Below are positions 1 through 13,100 of a stretch of DNA of 64,000 nucleotides, in pieces; position 1 is the stretch's first letter, and the number at the start of each line of letters is the position of its first letter. Origin of the DNA: Camelus ferus (taxonomy: Eukaryota); NCBI RefSeq assembly GCF_009834535.1, contig NC_045696.1, positions 89,716,001 through 89,780,000 of the forward strand. Direction: 5' to 3'. The position numbers and the translations under genes were made by a program. The notes beneath the pieces were generated by a model that worked only from the letters and a program-made list of their open reading frames with translations, made no database searches and was not told the origin of the DNA.

Positions 1-1893
1 GGCTTTAAAAACATAATGACTTTTACATAAGGTTGAGAGCAAGTGGAGAGTTCAAATAAAGCAACAAAACAGTTAAACATTCCATTCATCAAAATAAAAT
101 GAATTTCTACTTATCAAAATTTCTATTTTCTTTTCCTAGGAAGAGTAACTTAATAATGACCATACATTCAAAATATCAATAAAGGTCATACATTGAATAT
201 CTAGACCATCATTGGTTCTTGCCAAGAAGAAACTCAAGAGTTATCTCATTACTGAACCTGGGTTCAACCTTTGTATGGAAGACTGAAATCAGAAAGGTAA
301 TCCTTTCATCTCATCCCTCATAAAATAAAAAGAGTGAATTTCCTTTTCCATGTCTTTTTTTTTCTTTCTCCATTTGGCTGAGTACTTTTTCATAAATATC
401 AGTTTTAAATATCAGTTCTCCTCACATTAACCTAGTTGTGCTTTCAAAATTTGGCTAAAGCATATATCCTTGTTCTATGAATCTAAAAAATATCTGTAAT
501 TAGAAATGTTGGTTCACGAGAAAGGAAAATTATTTTCCTTGTCCACACATAATGGGCATTGTCAGCCACGCACTGCCTTTCAGTTTTCTAATTTGTAACG
601 TGATATGATGACACTTTTTGACAGTAACTAAAATGATCTATGGCTGTAAAGATATAGTCTCATGGTTATAAGAAAGATTTATGATTCTGGTTATGAAGGA
701 TATTTTACTCCTCAGCAACATTACAGGCATGGCTGAAAGCCCAACAAAATCGAAATAAATGTACAGAATGAGCAAGCTTGTCAGGTAATAAAGGAAGTTC
801 TTCAAATCAATGGTAAGGTTACCAAAGAGGCTGGGGCTTGATTACAGGTATCATTTCAATGCCATCTTATAATTTTATCTTAAATATCTCTAGACTGCAT
901 CTGCTTGTATTTAGGAAAGTAATTTTCCTCTAAAAAATAACTGAAAGACAAGTAGGATGGATTAAGTGCTTTCAAAAATACTTATCACATAATCCTATGC
1001 CTTGCCATTTGTTTTCAGGGACATGTTGACTGTATGTAAAGAATGTTTTCACAAATTGTCTCTATTCAGCCCTAGCCATTCTGCAGAATGGTCTTTTAAA
1101 ACTGAATGGACTGCAATTAAACATGGAAGTAATGTCACATTTACATTCAGGCTTGGAAACGAAAACTACTCCCTTTTGTTGATTCCTTCATTACCAGGGA
1201 GTGATGATTAAGAAACTCAAGGTCGGAGGAGTTATTCCACGGTCATTGTCCAAAAATGAAGGATTCTAATTAAAATGCAGTGTGGCAGCCTAAAGGAATA
1301 TCTGTTCACGTGAAATTACTATACCAGAAGCAAGTACAATTAGGTAATTTCACATTTCTCCTTTTGTAAGTACCACAAAATGTCTAGCCAACAGCTAATT
1401 TTGTAAATAATTTAATGCCATATTATAGCAATATCAACTGGGGATAACTTGCCTCTAATCTGAATTTTGGCATCCCTAATGTGGTTTCATGTACCAACAT
1501 AATGCAAATTAATTTGACCTCATGATTACTTTTTTAGCCAATTTTATTCAAATTTGTTAACTTTTTTTAATGGAAAAGAAAAAACTACAAACATCATTCT
1601 AACAGCAGTATAATGATAAAATCTCAATGATGATAAAATTTAACAGATGCTATATTTGAAAAAATATGAGCTTTAAACACTTCTATTGAGCAATCTATAT
1701 AGACTTTAAAATGAAAGTGTTCTATGGCTCATTGTTATTTTAAAAATTAATAATGGAAGAACAAGTTTTATAAATATTGATTCTATTGGAACAAATCTCT
1801 TTTTACTTCATAATAATAGTCCTCTAATCTTGATTTTTTTGATTTTTTTTCCAGTAAACTAAAGCTAGTGATATTATAAGGCAGGAAAAGAAC

Positions 1894-2815
1894 CCCTTTA
1901 TTTTTTTTCTTTATATTTGTCATTTATGCTTTTTTTTTTTAACATTTTTTTATTGAGTTATAGTCATTTTACAATGTTGTGTCAAATTCCAGTGTAGAGA
2001 ATGATTTTTCAGTTATACATGAACATACATATATTCATTGTCACATTCTTTTTCGCTGTGAGCTGCCACAAGATCTTGTATATATTTCCCTGTGCTATAC
2101 AGTATAATCTTGTTTATCTATTCTGCATATGCCTGTCAGTATCTACAAATTTTGAACTCCCAGTCTGTCCCTTCCCACCCCCCACCCCCTTGGCAACCAC
2201 AAGTTTGTATTCTATGTCTATGAGTCTGTTTCTGTTTTGTATTTATGTTCTTTCTTTTTTTTTTTTTTTAGATTCCACATATGAGTGATCTCATATGGTA
2301 TTTTTCTTTCTCTTTCTGGCTTACTTCACTTAGAATGACATTCTCCAGGGACATCCATGTTGCTGCAAATGGCGTTATGTTGTCAGTTTTTATGACTGAA
2401 TAGTATTCCATTGTATAAATATAGCACATCTTCTTTATCCAGTCATCTGTTGATGGACATTTAGGCTATTTCCATATCTTGGCTATTGTAAATAGTGCTG
2501 CTATGAACATTGGGGTGCAGGTGTCATTTTGAAGTAGCGTTCCTTCTGGATATATGCCCAGGAGCAGGATTCCTGGGTCATATGGTAAGTCTATTCCAAG
2601 TCCTTTGAGGAATCTCCATACTGTTTTCCACAGTGGCTGCACCAAACTGCATTCCCACCAGCAGTGTAGGAGGGTTCCCTTTTCTCCACAGCCTCTCCAG
2701 CATTTGTCATTTGTGGACTTTTGAATGATGGCCATTCTGACTGGTGTGAGGTGATACCTCACTGTAGTTTTGATTTGCATTTCTCTGATAATTAGTGATA
2801 TTGAGCATTTTTTCA
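1894..2815 (-). mobile_element. Young 5'-truncated LINE-1 (camelid-type 3' end: ORF2 C-terminus, 3'UTR, A-tail)
   Basis: Poly-T at about 1930-1940, L1 3'UTR with C-rich tract (about 2169-2189), ORF2 C-terminal peptide. Flanked by near-identical direct repeats at 1866-1893 and 2816-2846. Confidence 0.95.
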
Positions 2816-2816
2816 T
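2466..2816 (-). pseudogene. L1 ORF2p C-terminal fragment (cysteine-rich domain) with premature stop
   Basis: Translation contains [37 protein letters not shown] and [14 protein letters not shown], typical of the L1 ORF2p C-terminus. A stop follows IWK where ORF2 normally continues. Confidence 0.93.
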
Positions 2817-3082
2817 AGTGATATTATTATAAGGCAGGAAAAGAACACAGTTTGCTTAAAAACAAAAAGAAAAACAAACTGCTCCAATAGCAGGCTATTT
2901 GAGGTGGTTTGATTGAAATAATAGTTCCGATGAGATTTACTGTGGTGCATATTATCATATTCTACTGTAAAGCTTGGCATGCTCTTTTAAAAGAAAACCT
3001 TTTGAAGGCAAGATTCTGTAAAGAAATCACTTTCCTTGTTTCATTCACTCTGGGCACCTGAACTCAGATACTGATGGAATAA

Positions 3083-3249
3083 CAGTGGAATAATATTCAG
3101 GGGTTATGGACTCTTTCAAGAAACAGACAAAAGCTTTAAATCCTCTCCTCAGAAAAATACTTACTCACACATCCACAAATTTGGCATAAAATTTCAGCCT
3201 GTCTGTAGCTACCAAAGGGGGTCTGCAGATTTCATGTTAACAGCTGCTG
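3083..3249. mobile_element. Ancient non-autonomous hAT-Charlie-type DNA transposon (MER-type)
   Basis: CAGTGG...CTGCTG termini and internal text GGGGTTATGGACTCTTT...CCTCTCCTCAGAAAAATAC resemble Charlie-derived MITEs. Subfamily not assigned. Confidence 0.55.
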
Positions 3250-3381
3250 ATGTTTAGTTAACAATGATGTGTTGGAGTGGTTCTTTAACTTGAGATTTTA
3301 TGAATACTATAAAAAGATCTCATTGAGAATGAAAAAATAATTTATGGAATAAAAGAATATAAAGTTAACTCCCAACACAAT

Positions 3382-3425
3382 AATTATTTACAATAAGTAG
3401 AATTATTTACAATAGGTAGAATTAT
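3382..3425. repeat. 19-bp tandem duplication (about 2.3 copies)
   Basis: AATTATTTACAATAAGTAG / AATTATTTACAATAGGTAG / AATTAT. Confidence 0.9.
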
Positions 3426-4294
3426 ATTGTGGGGGTGAAGTTGATTTCTAATGGTTTACCTGTCCAGTCCAGATTTCTTTAACTACTAAACTCTGGCTTA
3501 ACCTTTGATGTGGGCCACATGCTAGTCTTTTCACATGCTGATGTCTGTGAGGGCATCATCTCCTTGTGACATGGTTTTTCTCGCAACTGTTAATAAGTTT
3601 GCTTCTACAGCTTTAATTACTTAAAGTTCACCCTAAGAGCACAACTGGGTTCAATTGATTTGCTAAGATTTTTCTCTCTGATAGTATGTTCAACCAAATG
3701 CTCTGTTTTTGTCTTTTTTTTTTTTTTTCTTTCCCTTCTCATCAAATCATAGCTTTTCACTTGCTGTGGGATCATCACCTCTCTGCTTTGGGCCTGGATA
3801 TGACCCACTCAGGCAACTCCATGCTATGCCTGTTCTGCAAAGATAAGAGGGTGACTTTATAAGTAGGCCTTTGGGTAGTTGGATCTAAGCTGGGACTAAC
3901 TCACACAATGAAGGGAATACAGGTTCCATTATATTTCCCTCTTCCTAACAGCCATCTCACTGCCAAAACCATATGGAATTTTCAGTTTAATAGAGTTAAA
4001 AAATCTTAAGCTGTGTGGAAGAGGGACCCCTCTCGTGCACTACCTCATCCATGATTCCTAGAGGAGCCTTTCTCACATGCTAATGACCAAAACAGTATCT
4101 GTTAAAGTTATTAAAAATAAAGTAAAGGTCATTGCTTTAACATTTTACTGGTTGTATTTAAACAAATTGGGTCAAAATTCAGAGAATAACATTTGGTTCT
4201 TTAACACAAATCAAAACATAATTTTTAGTTTGTGGTTCAGTTAAACTTGTTAAAATCTTAAGGTTTAAAAAATTTTTTTTCCCAATAAAATCTG

Positions 4295-6946
4295 TTGGAG
4301 ACTTCTGGCTATGGTAGACTCATTTTCATCAGTCGAGCCCTACCAGTGTGATAAAGTAGATAAGCTGAAAGAAAAATAAAGATTGAAAAATTGATTTGAA
4401 AAGAAGAATTTGAGGAGCAAAGATCCCAGAGAGAAGGAACACCTAAGGAGATGAATGTGATATTTGGCAAAGCATTTGGCCGTTTTAATGTGACGGCTGA
4501 GAGGCTAAGAAGGCAAATAGAATTTTGTAAGGCTCAAGAGACTGAGGGCACAGAAAACTGCAGCTCAGGGCTCACCAGGAAGGAGGAGCCTTGCTAAACA
4601 TTCCAGACATTCAGTTGCACTCTTGAAGGGCTATATCCCATGATTAAGGGCAAGATGGAAATTAATGACCCCTCACAAAGGCTAGAGCTCAGTCTTAAAT
4701 GGGCTCAGTCCTTGACTGAAAAGTAAGGGACTCCTCTTCAAACATCTGCCAGAGGAAAAGTAAGTCTTCATGAAGGACAATACTATCATCCAGAGCCTTA
4801 AATCATCGCTAAAATGTTTCCACATACAAAACCCAGCAATTAATAAAAAATAACCAGGCCTATAGAAAAAATTAGAATTGAAAAATAAAAAGGGAAAGGA
4901 AAAACAGACAATAGAAAAATAGATTCAGAGGGTCTGCTTTTCTGGCAGATGTCAGAAAAGGACTTAGAAATTACATGACAATATGGAGAATCTTAACAGG
5001 GAACTGGAAATTATTTGTTACAAGGATCAAATAGAAAATCTAATACTGAGAGACATAAAAATAAAATTAGAAGCTTATAAATGGATTTAAAAACAGTTAG
5101 AACATGATAAAGAAAGAATGCATGAACTAAAAGTTCAGACAAAAATATCTAAAATGAACCACAGAGATATAAAAGAATGAAAAATAAAGAAAAGAGCGTA
5201 AGTGCATATGGGATAGAGTATAATGTTAAGATACATGTAATTGTTGTCCCACTAGGGAAGAAACATTACTTAAAGAGACAACAGCTAAGACTTTCCCCCA
5301 AACTGACAAAAGATCAGGCATTAGATTCAAGAAGTTACTAAAAGTAAGGTGGGTAAATACAAAGAAAATCACATCTAAGCACATCACAGTAAATTGGTGA
5401 AGCAGAAGATAAAGAAAAAAATCCTAAGATGTTGAAGAAATAAATCATATTACTTCAAAGGAACAATACCAACAGTAAAGCTTTCAACAGAAACAATAGA
5501 AGCCAGATCACTGGAATATTTTCAAGAACTGGAAGGGAAAAAGAAGGCCTATCTAGAATTCTATACCAAGCAAAACTATCCTGCAAAAATAAAGACTTTT
5601 TTCTCAGATGAAATATAAAACAAATAAAAAGCTAAAAGTAGATGAATTTGTTACCAGCAAGTCTGCACTAACAGAGACACTAATAGGATTTCTTTAGGCA
5701 GAAGGAAAATGATCCCAGATAGAAGCATGGAAATACAGGAAGAAACAAAGAGCAACAGAAAGGATAAAGATACGGGTAAATGTATATGAACTCTGGCACT
5801 GTAAAATAATAACAGTGTGTCATAAGCTTTTACAGATAGAGAGGGAATTAAGATCATAATAGGACATGAGGCACACAAGGGAGTTGGAGGATTTAAATTG
5901 TTCTAAAGTCCTTGCATCATCTGGGAAGTGGTAAATAAACAACTTTGTAGTAGCTTCAACAAGTCAAGAATGCAAGTGTCAATCTCAAGTAAAACTATAA
6001 GAAATATTACACAGGATGTATGAATAACAAGCTAATAGAAAATGGAATAAATTTTTTAAATACTTGATTAATTAACCTAGTAAAAAGTAAGAAAGGAAGA
6101 AAAAGCAAAATACGGAATAGGATGGACAAATAGAAAGCAGATAGTAAAATAACAGATTTAAGGCAAAGTGTATCAGTAAAATACTGAATGTAGATAGACT
6201 AAATACCATAGTATTCCAACCATGAGATGAAGATAGTCAGGTTGCATACCTATTTGTATACAGATACAAAATCTAACCTTATGCTTTTTATTTTAAAAAG
6301 ACTTAAATATAAGAAAATGGAAAGCTTTTACTTTCCGTCTAGAAATGGAATGAGAAACTACTATGCAACATTAAGCAAAAAGAAGCGGGGTTATCTGTAA
6401 GAATACCAGACAACGTAGTCTTTAAAACAAGAAGTATGGCTCGAGACAAAGATGTGTATTTCATAATATTAAAAAATATAATTCTCTAGGCTACAGAACA
6501 ATTCAAATCTAGAACAGTTAAATCTTATAAACATACACTAAAAACATATAAAGCAAAAAATCAGGACTAAAAGGAGAAATAGGCCTTCCCATAAGCATAG
6601 TGTGAGATTTTAATAACCTCATTCAATACATAATAGAACAAGCAGTCAAAAAAACCAATAAACAATGCAAAAGATTAGAAAAGCACAACTAAACAATATT
6701 GTCTGTGTTAAAAAAGAAGGCTAAAAAAAAATCAATGATTTAAGTTCTTTTTGGCAGGCTGAGAAGAAAATTCAGTAAATTAAACCTCCCCCACACATAA
6801 AAAGAAGCATAATTAAGACAATTATCTTAAGGTATCTTAAGATAATGAAGATAAAAACAGAAATTAATGAAATAGAAAACAATTATAAAATAGAGGGAAG
6901 CAAAAAAAGAGATGGCTCTTTGAAAATATAAATAAAATTATTAAAC
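4295..6946 (+). mobile_element. Ancient L1M element, 5' part (5'UTR, decayed ORF1, start of ORF2)
   Basis: Strong A-rich bias on the + strand. ORF1 C-terminal text CTAGAATTCTATACCAAGCAAAACTATCC at about 5553-5580, and ORF2 endonuclease-like text from about 6120. Confidence 0.8.
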
Positions 6947-8430
6947 ATGAGTTCTGTTTTTATACAGCCAAGTTAGCTCTTACCAGACCTGACTCTTCTC
7001 CAAAATAACAAGGATAAATTTTGGACAAAATACAAAACAACAACAACCTGAAGTCACTGTAGAGTTAACAAAAGCAGGCAGATTCTGGGAGGATGTTGAC
7101 ATTTGGGAGAAAAGAAGGACCCAGAGTGATCTGCCTAGTTATATGGCTTTTAGCCTAAGAACAGGCCAAATCAGGCTCCACGGCTGTGTCAGATTGCTTG
7201 GGCTGCAGTAACAAAATACAACAACCCAGGTGACTTACACAGCAGAAATTAATTTTTTCACAGTTCTAGAGACTGAAATTCCGAGATCAAGACAGCAGCA
7301 GTGTCTGGTTGGGTGCTGATGGCTGCCATCTCCCTGTGTGTTCACACGATCTCTTCTTTGTGGGCACATCGAGAGAGCGCAAGCTCTCTGTGTGTCTCTT
7401 TTTGAAAGGACACTCATCCCACTGGATCAGGACCCCACTCTTAAGATCTCATTTAACCTTAATTACTTCCACAGAGGCCCCATATCCAAATACAGCCACA
7501 CGGTTTTAGGGGTTAGAATTTCAACATATGAATTTGGAGGAGGGGCAAACATTCAGTCTCTCCTGATGGTTTAGCTGTAACTCTTGCAGAAAACCCATTG
7601 TCTTTTTGCCTGAAGATTCTGGGAATAGAGGTCAGGACAACCACAGTCACTAGAAGCTGAGTAGGGAATTCTGGAGGAGGCCTAAGAGGAGCAGCCTCAA
7701 TTTCTATAATCTTCGCCTAAACATCTAGCTGACCCCTGAGTCAGGTGTGCATGAGACAGACTCCAGCTAATGATAAGAATTGAACTGAGCTTTGAGCTTC
7801 CACTCAAGAGACAGAGTTTGCAATTTTAGTCCAACCAAGCTAAATGTCGGCTAAAATAAAAACATTAATACTCTTCTGAGGGGCTTAACAGAATCCAGAG
7901 TCTCACAACATAACAATTACAATGTCCAGGCTCTAATTCAAAATTCCTCAACATGGGAAGAAACAGGAAATGTGACCTATTCTCAAGAGAAAAGAAAATC
8001 TATGGAGACTAAACCTAGGAAGACTCAGATATTGAAATTAGCAACATTTAATTTTAAAGCAGCTATTATATGTGTGCTCAAGGGTGAAAAGGAAATATGC
8101 TTACAGTGAATGCAAAGATTGTAAATCTCAGCAGAGAAATTCAAACTATAAATAATCAAATGGAATTCTAGAACTTAAAAAATACACAACACCTGAAATT
8201 TTAAAAAATGAACGTATCTAACAGCAGAAGGGATATGACAGACGAAAGGGCAAGTGAACTTAAAGAGACATCGGTAGAAATAACCCAATCTGAAGCAGCT
8301 AGAAAGAAAGTGGAAAAAAAAATAAACAAAGCTTCAGAGACCTGTGGGAGAATATCAATAGGCCTAAGATACATGTCATTGGAGTTCTAAAAGGAGATAT
8401 GAGAAAGAATGGGGTAGAAGGAAATATCTG
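6947..8430 (+). mobile_element. Second L1/HAL1-like 5'UTR plus ORF1 N-terminal fragment nested in the host L1
   Basis: 5'UTR-like start, then ORF1 coiled-coil remnants (AATCAAATGGAATTCTAGAAC; peptide DERASELKETSVEITQSE in ORF 8208-8390). Confidence 0.7.
7185..7562 (-). mobile_element. MLT1A/MLT1A0-like MaLR solo LTR
   Basis: GGGCTGCAGTAACAAAATAC...CACAGTTCTAGAG...GGGGTTAGAATTTCAACATATGAATTT...AACATTCAGTC is the reverse complement of the MLT1A consensus as recalled. Confidence 0.88.
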
Positions 8431-10165
8431 CTCTCTGGTAGGGCAGAGGAACAGAGAGTGAGCCAATGCAAGCATGAAAGATGGGTTATTAACATAGAGT
8501 CCATGGGCCTTAAAAATAGAATGGACAGATAATGTGAGCAACTTCATGACAATAATTTTGAAAATTTAAATGAAATAGGTAAATTCTTTAAAAACAACTT
8601 ACTAAAACTAACCCAAGGAAAAATAATGAATATGTATAATACTCTAACTACCAAAGAAACTAAATAATAAAATATGTAAATAAAAACCTTTAGAAAACTT
8701 CAGGCTAAGATGGCTTTTCTAACACATTCTTACAAACAAGGGAGAAACAAAATCATTTTTTTCACAAACTCTTTAAGAGGACAGAAAAAGAGGGAACACT
8801 TCCATTTTTTTTTGAGGTAAGCATAATCTTAATATGAATACCTTACAAGGATATTACCAAAAAGGTAAATTCTGAGCAATTTCACTAATGAACATAAATG
8901 TGAAAAATCCCAAACAAAATATTAGAAACAACATAGAGTGATATATAAAAGGGATAATAATACATCATGGCAAAGATAGATTTATGCAAGGAATACATCG
9001 GTTTAACATTCAAAAATCAATCAATATAATTGATCACTTTAGCTAAGTAATTAAGAAAATCATGATTGTCCCAATATTGGAAAAGTATATTGAATGTGAA
9101 AGCAAAAAGATAAAGCTTCTAGGATATAACATAGGAGGATATCTTTATGACCTTCAGGAGGCAAAGATTTCTTGAAAAGGATACAAAAAAAATGCTATAT
9201 ATGAAAGAAATGTTGACCACATTAAAATTAAGAACTTTTTTCACCAAAGACACATTTAAAAAGTGAAGACAGTCTACATAATGGAAGAAGGTATTTGCAA
9301 TACATATAACTAACAAAAGACACATACATAGAATACATAATGAATTCCCACATGCTAGTAAGAAAAAAACAATGCAGTTTTTAAAACTGGCAAGAAAATT
9401 AAAGAGGGATTACCTAAGAGAGAATATTCAAATTGCCAGTAAACATATGAAATGATGGCTCAAACACATCAATCATCAGGGAAAGTAAGTCAATGAGATA
9501 TACAACTACACATCTACCAGAATGGCCAAAACTTAAGCAAACTGATTATACAGTGATGGTGAGTAACAGGAATTCATATACTGATAGTGGAACCGTAGGT
9601 TGACTGCAAACGTACATTGGAAAACTGCATGGCATCATCTACTAAAGCTGGGCACGCGCCCATTCTGTCACTCTGCAATTCCATCCCTAGGTATACGTCC
9701 AATATGTGTAAGAATGCTCTTGAAGCATTGTTGATAATACCATAACATCAATAACAGCCCAAATATCCCCAAACAGTAGAACAGATGAATAAATTGTAGC
9801 ACATTCATTCAATGGGACCTACATGGCAATGAAAATGAAAAACTACTGCCTGGAGGAATCTCATGAACATAATATGAAGTGAAAAGAGTTTAGATACATA
9901 TATATGTACAAAATATAACGCATAATAGTAGTAATATAAAGTTCAAAACAAAGCTAATCTCTTGTGATAGAAGTCGGATGAGTGGTTCCCTTGGGGATGA
10001 GGGAGGGTAATGAATAGGAGGTGACCCTGTGGGTTTCCCGAGTGCTGGTAGTATTCTATTTCTAGACCTAAGTGGTGGTCGCACGGTCGTGTTCATTTTA
10101 TTCATCAAGTTGTTCACTTATGATTTTTCTGTATGTATGCGTGCTATGCATACTCCCACAAAGGA
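8431..10165 (+). mobile_element. Ancient L1M element, 3' part (decayed ORF2 with deletions, L1ME-type 3'UTR)
   Basis: GGTTTAACATTCAAAAATCAATCAATATAAT (RT region), CTGCAATTCCATCCCTAGGTATAC, and L1ME-type tail GTATTCTATTTCTAGACCTAAGTGGTGG. Confidence 0.85.
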
Positions 10166-13100
10166 TTATATAAATAATGCTCTGAACTCATGTTCTTTCA
10201 AAGCCCTTCTTTTAGTATCCTAATTCCTAGTACTCGGAATAATAATCCTTCAGCTACCTTCAAACCAACGGAATCTGGAAATGATCCAAAACACCTAGGT
10301 CAGTAGCTTTTATTAATTTTGTTATAGAAACAACTTTACCTGCAATCTGCATTCTTTATGTTCATTTCTTTATTTTCATCTCATATTGAAAGACCCAACA
10401 GATCACTCAGTGGGAGGCAGAGCTTCATTTTCTCAATTACAGGAATCACAGCTCAGTGGCATAGCTCTCAAATGGCAGGTTCAGAAATTCCCTTGTGGGA
10501 GGACGTAACTTATCATTAAGCATCCCGTCATGCCTCATGCTGAATGGTCCTGTGGGTGGCACGATTCCTGCTGTCACCAACTCAGTTCCTGGTTTCCTTT
10601 CAACAGAGGGCCCAGCATTACCTGGCGCAAACTGAATAGCACTTTGAAAGTCTGGATAGACGACCTTTGGATATTGCCAACAGAGGATTTCTGCATTTCA
10701 TTGCTGAGCTCAGAGCTTTAAGTCACTAACACAATATTAACAGAACTTCGATGCACTTTGTTTTCACTTATAAGGGAAAAGAAGAGGACAGAATTAGAGA
10801 AGAGAAATGGAATCCCAAATATTCCACCCCTAGTACCAAAGGTTCCTGGAAGACACTTTCATGCTACAGCGTCATAAAACTACACTTTATCCATAAATTG
10901 TAGCTGGGCAAAGCTTCAGCCTGGAAATGTGTGCTCTACATATTTCAAAGCAATTTTAAAGCTCCTTTTGACTTTATTATTTCTGATTTCTTCTTCCTGA
11001 ATAAACCCCGAGTTTATCAGTTTGGGTAAAAGAGGATGTTTTCCCTCACAGAAAGCAAGTGGCATTGAACATTTCAACACTTGAAGAGATTTCGATTCTA
11101 CTTTACTTTGAAGACATCTGCGATCTAAAATTCATTAAAATTGCCTGCAAAACAGGAAAGCCAACTTGTCTCAATTAATTTGGTTCAATTAAAGAACAGC
11201 ACAAGTTTCACTTGTACATATTCCTACCCGTTTTTCCCCTCTTCACCTTCCCCCCAACCACCAGTTTTCCAAGCTGAGATTTGATCTGTACAAATATCCA
11301 TAAATCTATCAGCCACAGGGGAAATGTGTCATCTTTTCACAGGATTTGCTACAGTGGATCTATGAAAGCCCATTTAAGTAACTTCTCTCTGGGAGGTAAA
11401 TTAATCAGACAAGAAAAAGCGAAGAACTAGTTATAACTCCCCCACTTTTAATCCATTCCAAGATCCAACTGCACATCTTCCATAAAAAGCTCCCTTAAAA
11501 AAACTCCACATTTTAGAACGTTTATGCCCCTGTAGCCATCTGCTCCAACTTTCTTTGTAACATTTTAGTTTATGATCTCCAAAACACATTTTACCGTTTT
11601 CTGAATGGGCTTGCTGATACTCTTCGCTGTCGGTTTTATCTAGCTCCCAAGTCCTCTCTATTTGTGATTCACAAGGGTAACCCATGTGCCCATCATTTGA
11701 AACTGCATCAGCGGTTCAATCCTTAGGCTTAACCTTCTGCTGAGAGTCTTTATTACTCAGCTCCTCAAGAAGATGGCTGAGGAGGGGGTATGCTGGCTCA
11801 TCTGCAGCCTGTTACACTAATGAGTTTCCAGGCAGTATTTTATCAAAGCAATGTGTCAGAGCCTTTCTGTTATTGCTTCTTGTTTTGATGGGTTAGTGTT
11901 CGTTATTAAAGGAGAACACACATTTTTTTCCTCTCCTTGACAGGCAAGTTGAGGGCTTTCAGTAATAGGTGCCAGAAAAGGAACATCTGGTGTACATTTA
12001 ACGATGCATTGTTGCATTGTTAACTTAAAGCTGTTACACGCCTTGATAAACACATAATGGGCCTCAAGAAATTAAGAGAAAATTAAAACGTAAATGTTTA
12101 CCCAGACCATATTTCCCTTTTCTTTTCATCAAGTCATCTACACCTGCACCTTATATGTAAGTAAAAGAAAAGGTTGACGGCAAAAATTCTCTTCTAACCC
12201 CCAGTGGATCATGCTGCCAGAAACTAAAAGAATTTTTCTTTCTCCTATCCAGACCAGAGATATTGTTGAGGCCAAAATGACGCCATGGTGGTCTTGCTAA
12301 GGTTACTTAAATGCGGTCTGTGTTTTCTGAAAATAAGCTAGGCCATTTAGAAAGTCTGCTCCCCAGGGACAAAGGACCCACACAGGGCTAAGTATACTGT
12401 AAATATGTTGGAAATATTTTCTTCATACCACCAGTGTTCAGCTCCAAATTTTGCTCTTCTCTACAGGTGATGGTTAAAATGCGTTGGCCTCTTTTAGCTA
12501 CATTGCTGGAAAAGTGCACTAGGTAGCAGCTGTTCCTACAGTGAAAACTCACAGGACCGAGGAGAGAAAGTACATTTCTGGGCCATCACCAATGATTGGC
12601 TCTTTTTCTTAAAACCTTATGCCCATGGATGTACTGAAAAGGTGGACCTCTCCTCCTCTCTGAAGAAGGCTGGGATGGAATCCTGCAAATGCATTGGAGT
12701 AGTCAGAGATGTGAAAGGGAGAAAAGGTGGAAGGGATGTAGGGAAAGAGGGGCGAAGGGAGATGTAAACGAGAGGAAAAGGAAAAGTGAGGACAAAAAAT
12801 GTTTAAAAAGCTACAATTCATAGCAGTTTTTACCAAATGAAACTCTATTACAGTTGTCTTAATAAAACCTGTAACAAGAAGGTTTGAGCAGTTTTTGAAT
12901 GAAAATGGTATCTCTCTGAAATTCAGATTATATTTGTCATAATCACTGAAATCTGACTCACAGCTATTTAATTTGATATGATGGCCTCATATGGTTATTT
13001 GCACATTTCCAGTTTTTAAGATATTTTGGGTCTATGGAAATAGTTTGACAGAGTGGTTTTTACATTTTTTTCACTTTTCAATTCTCTGCTTAAAGTTATC

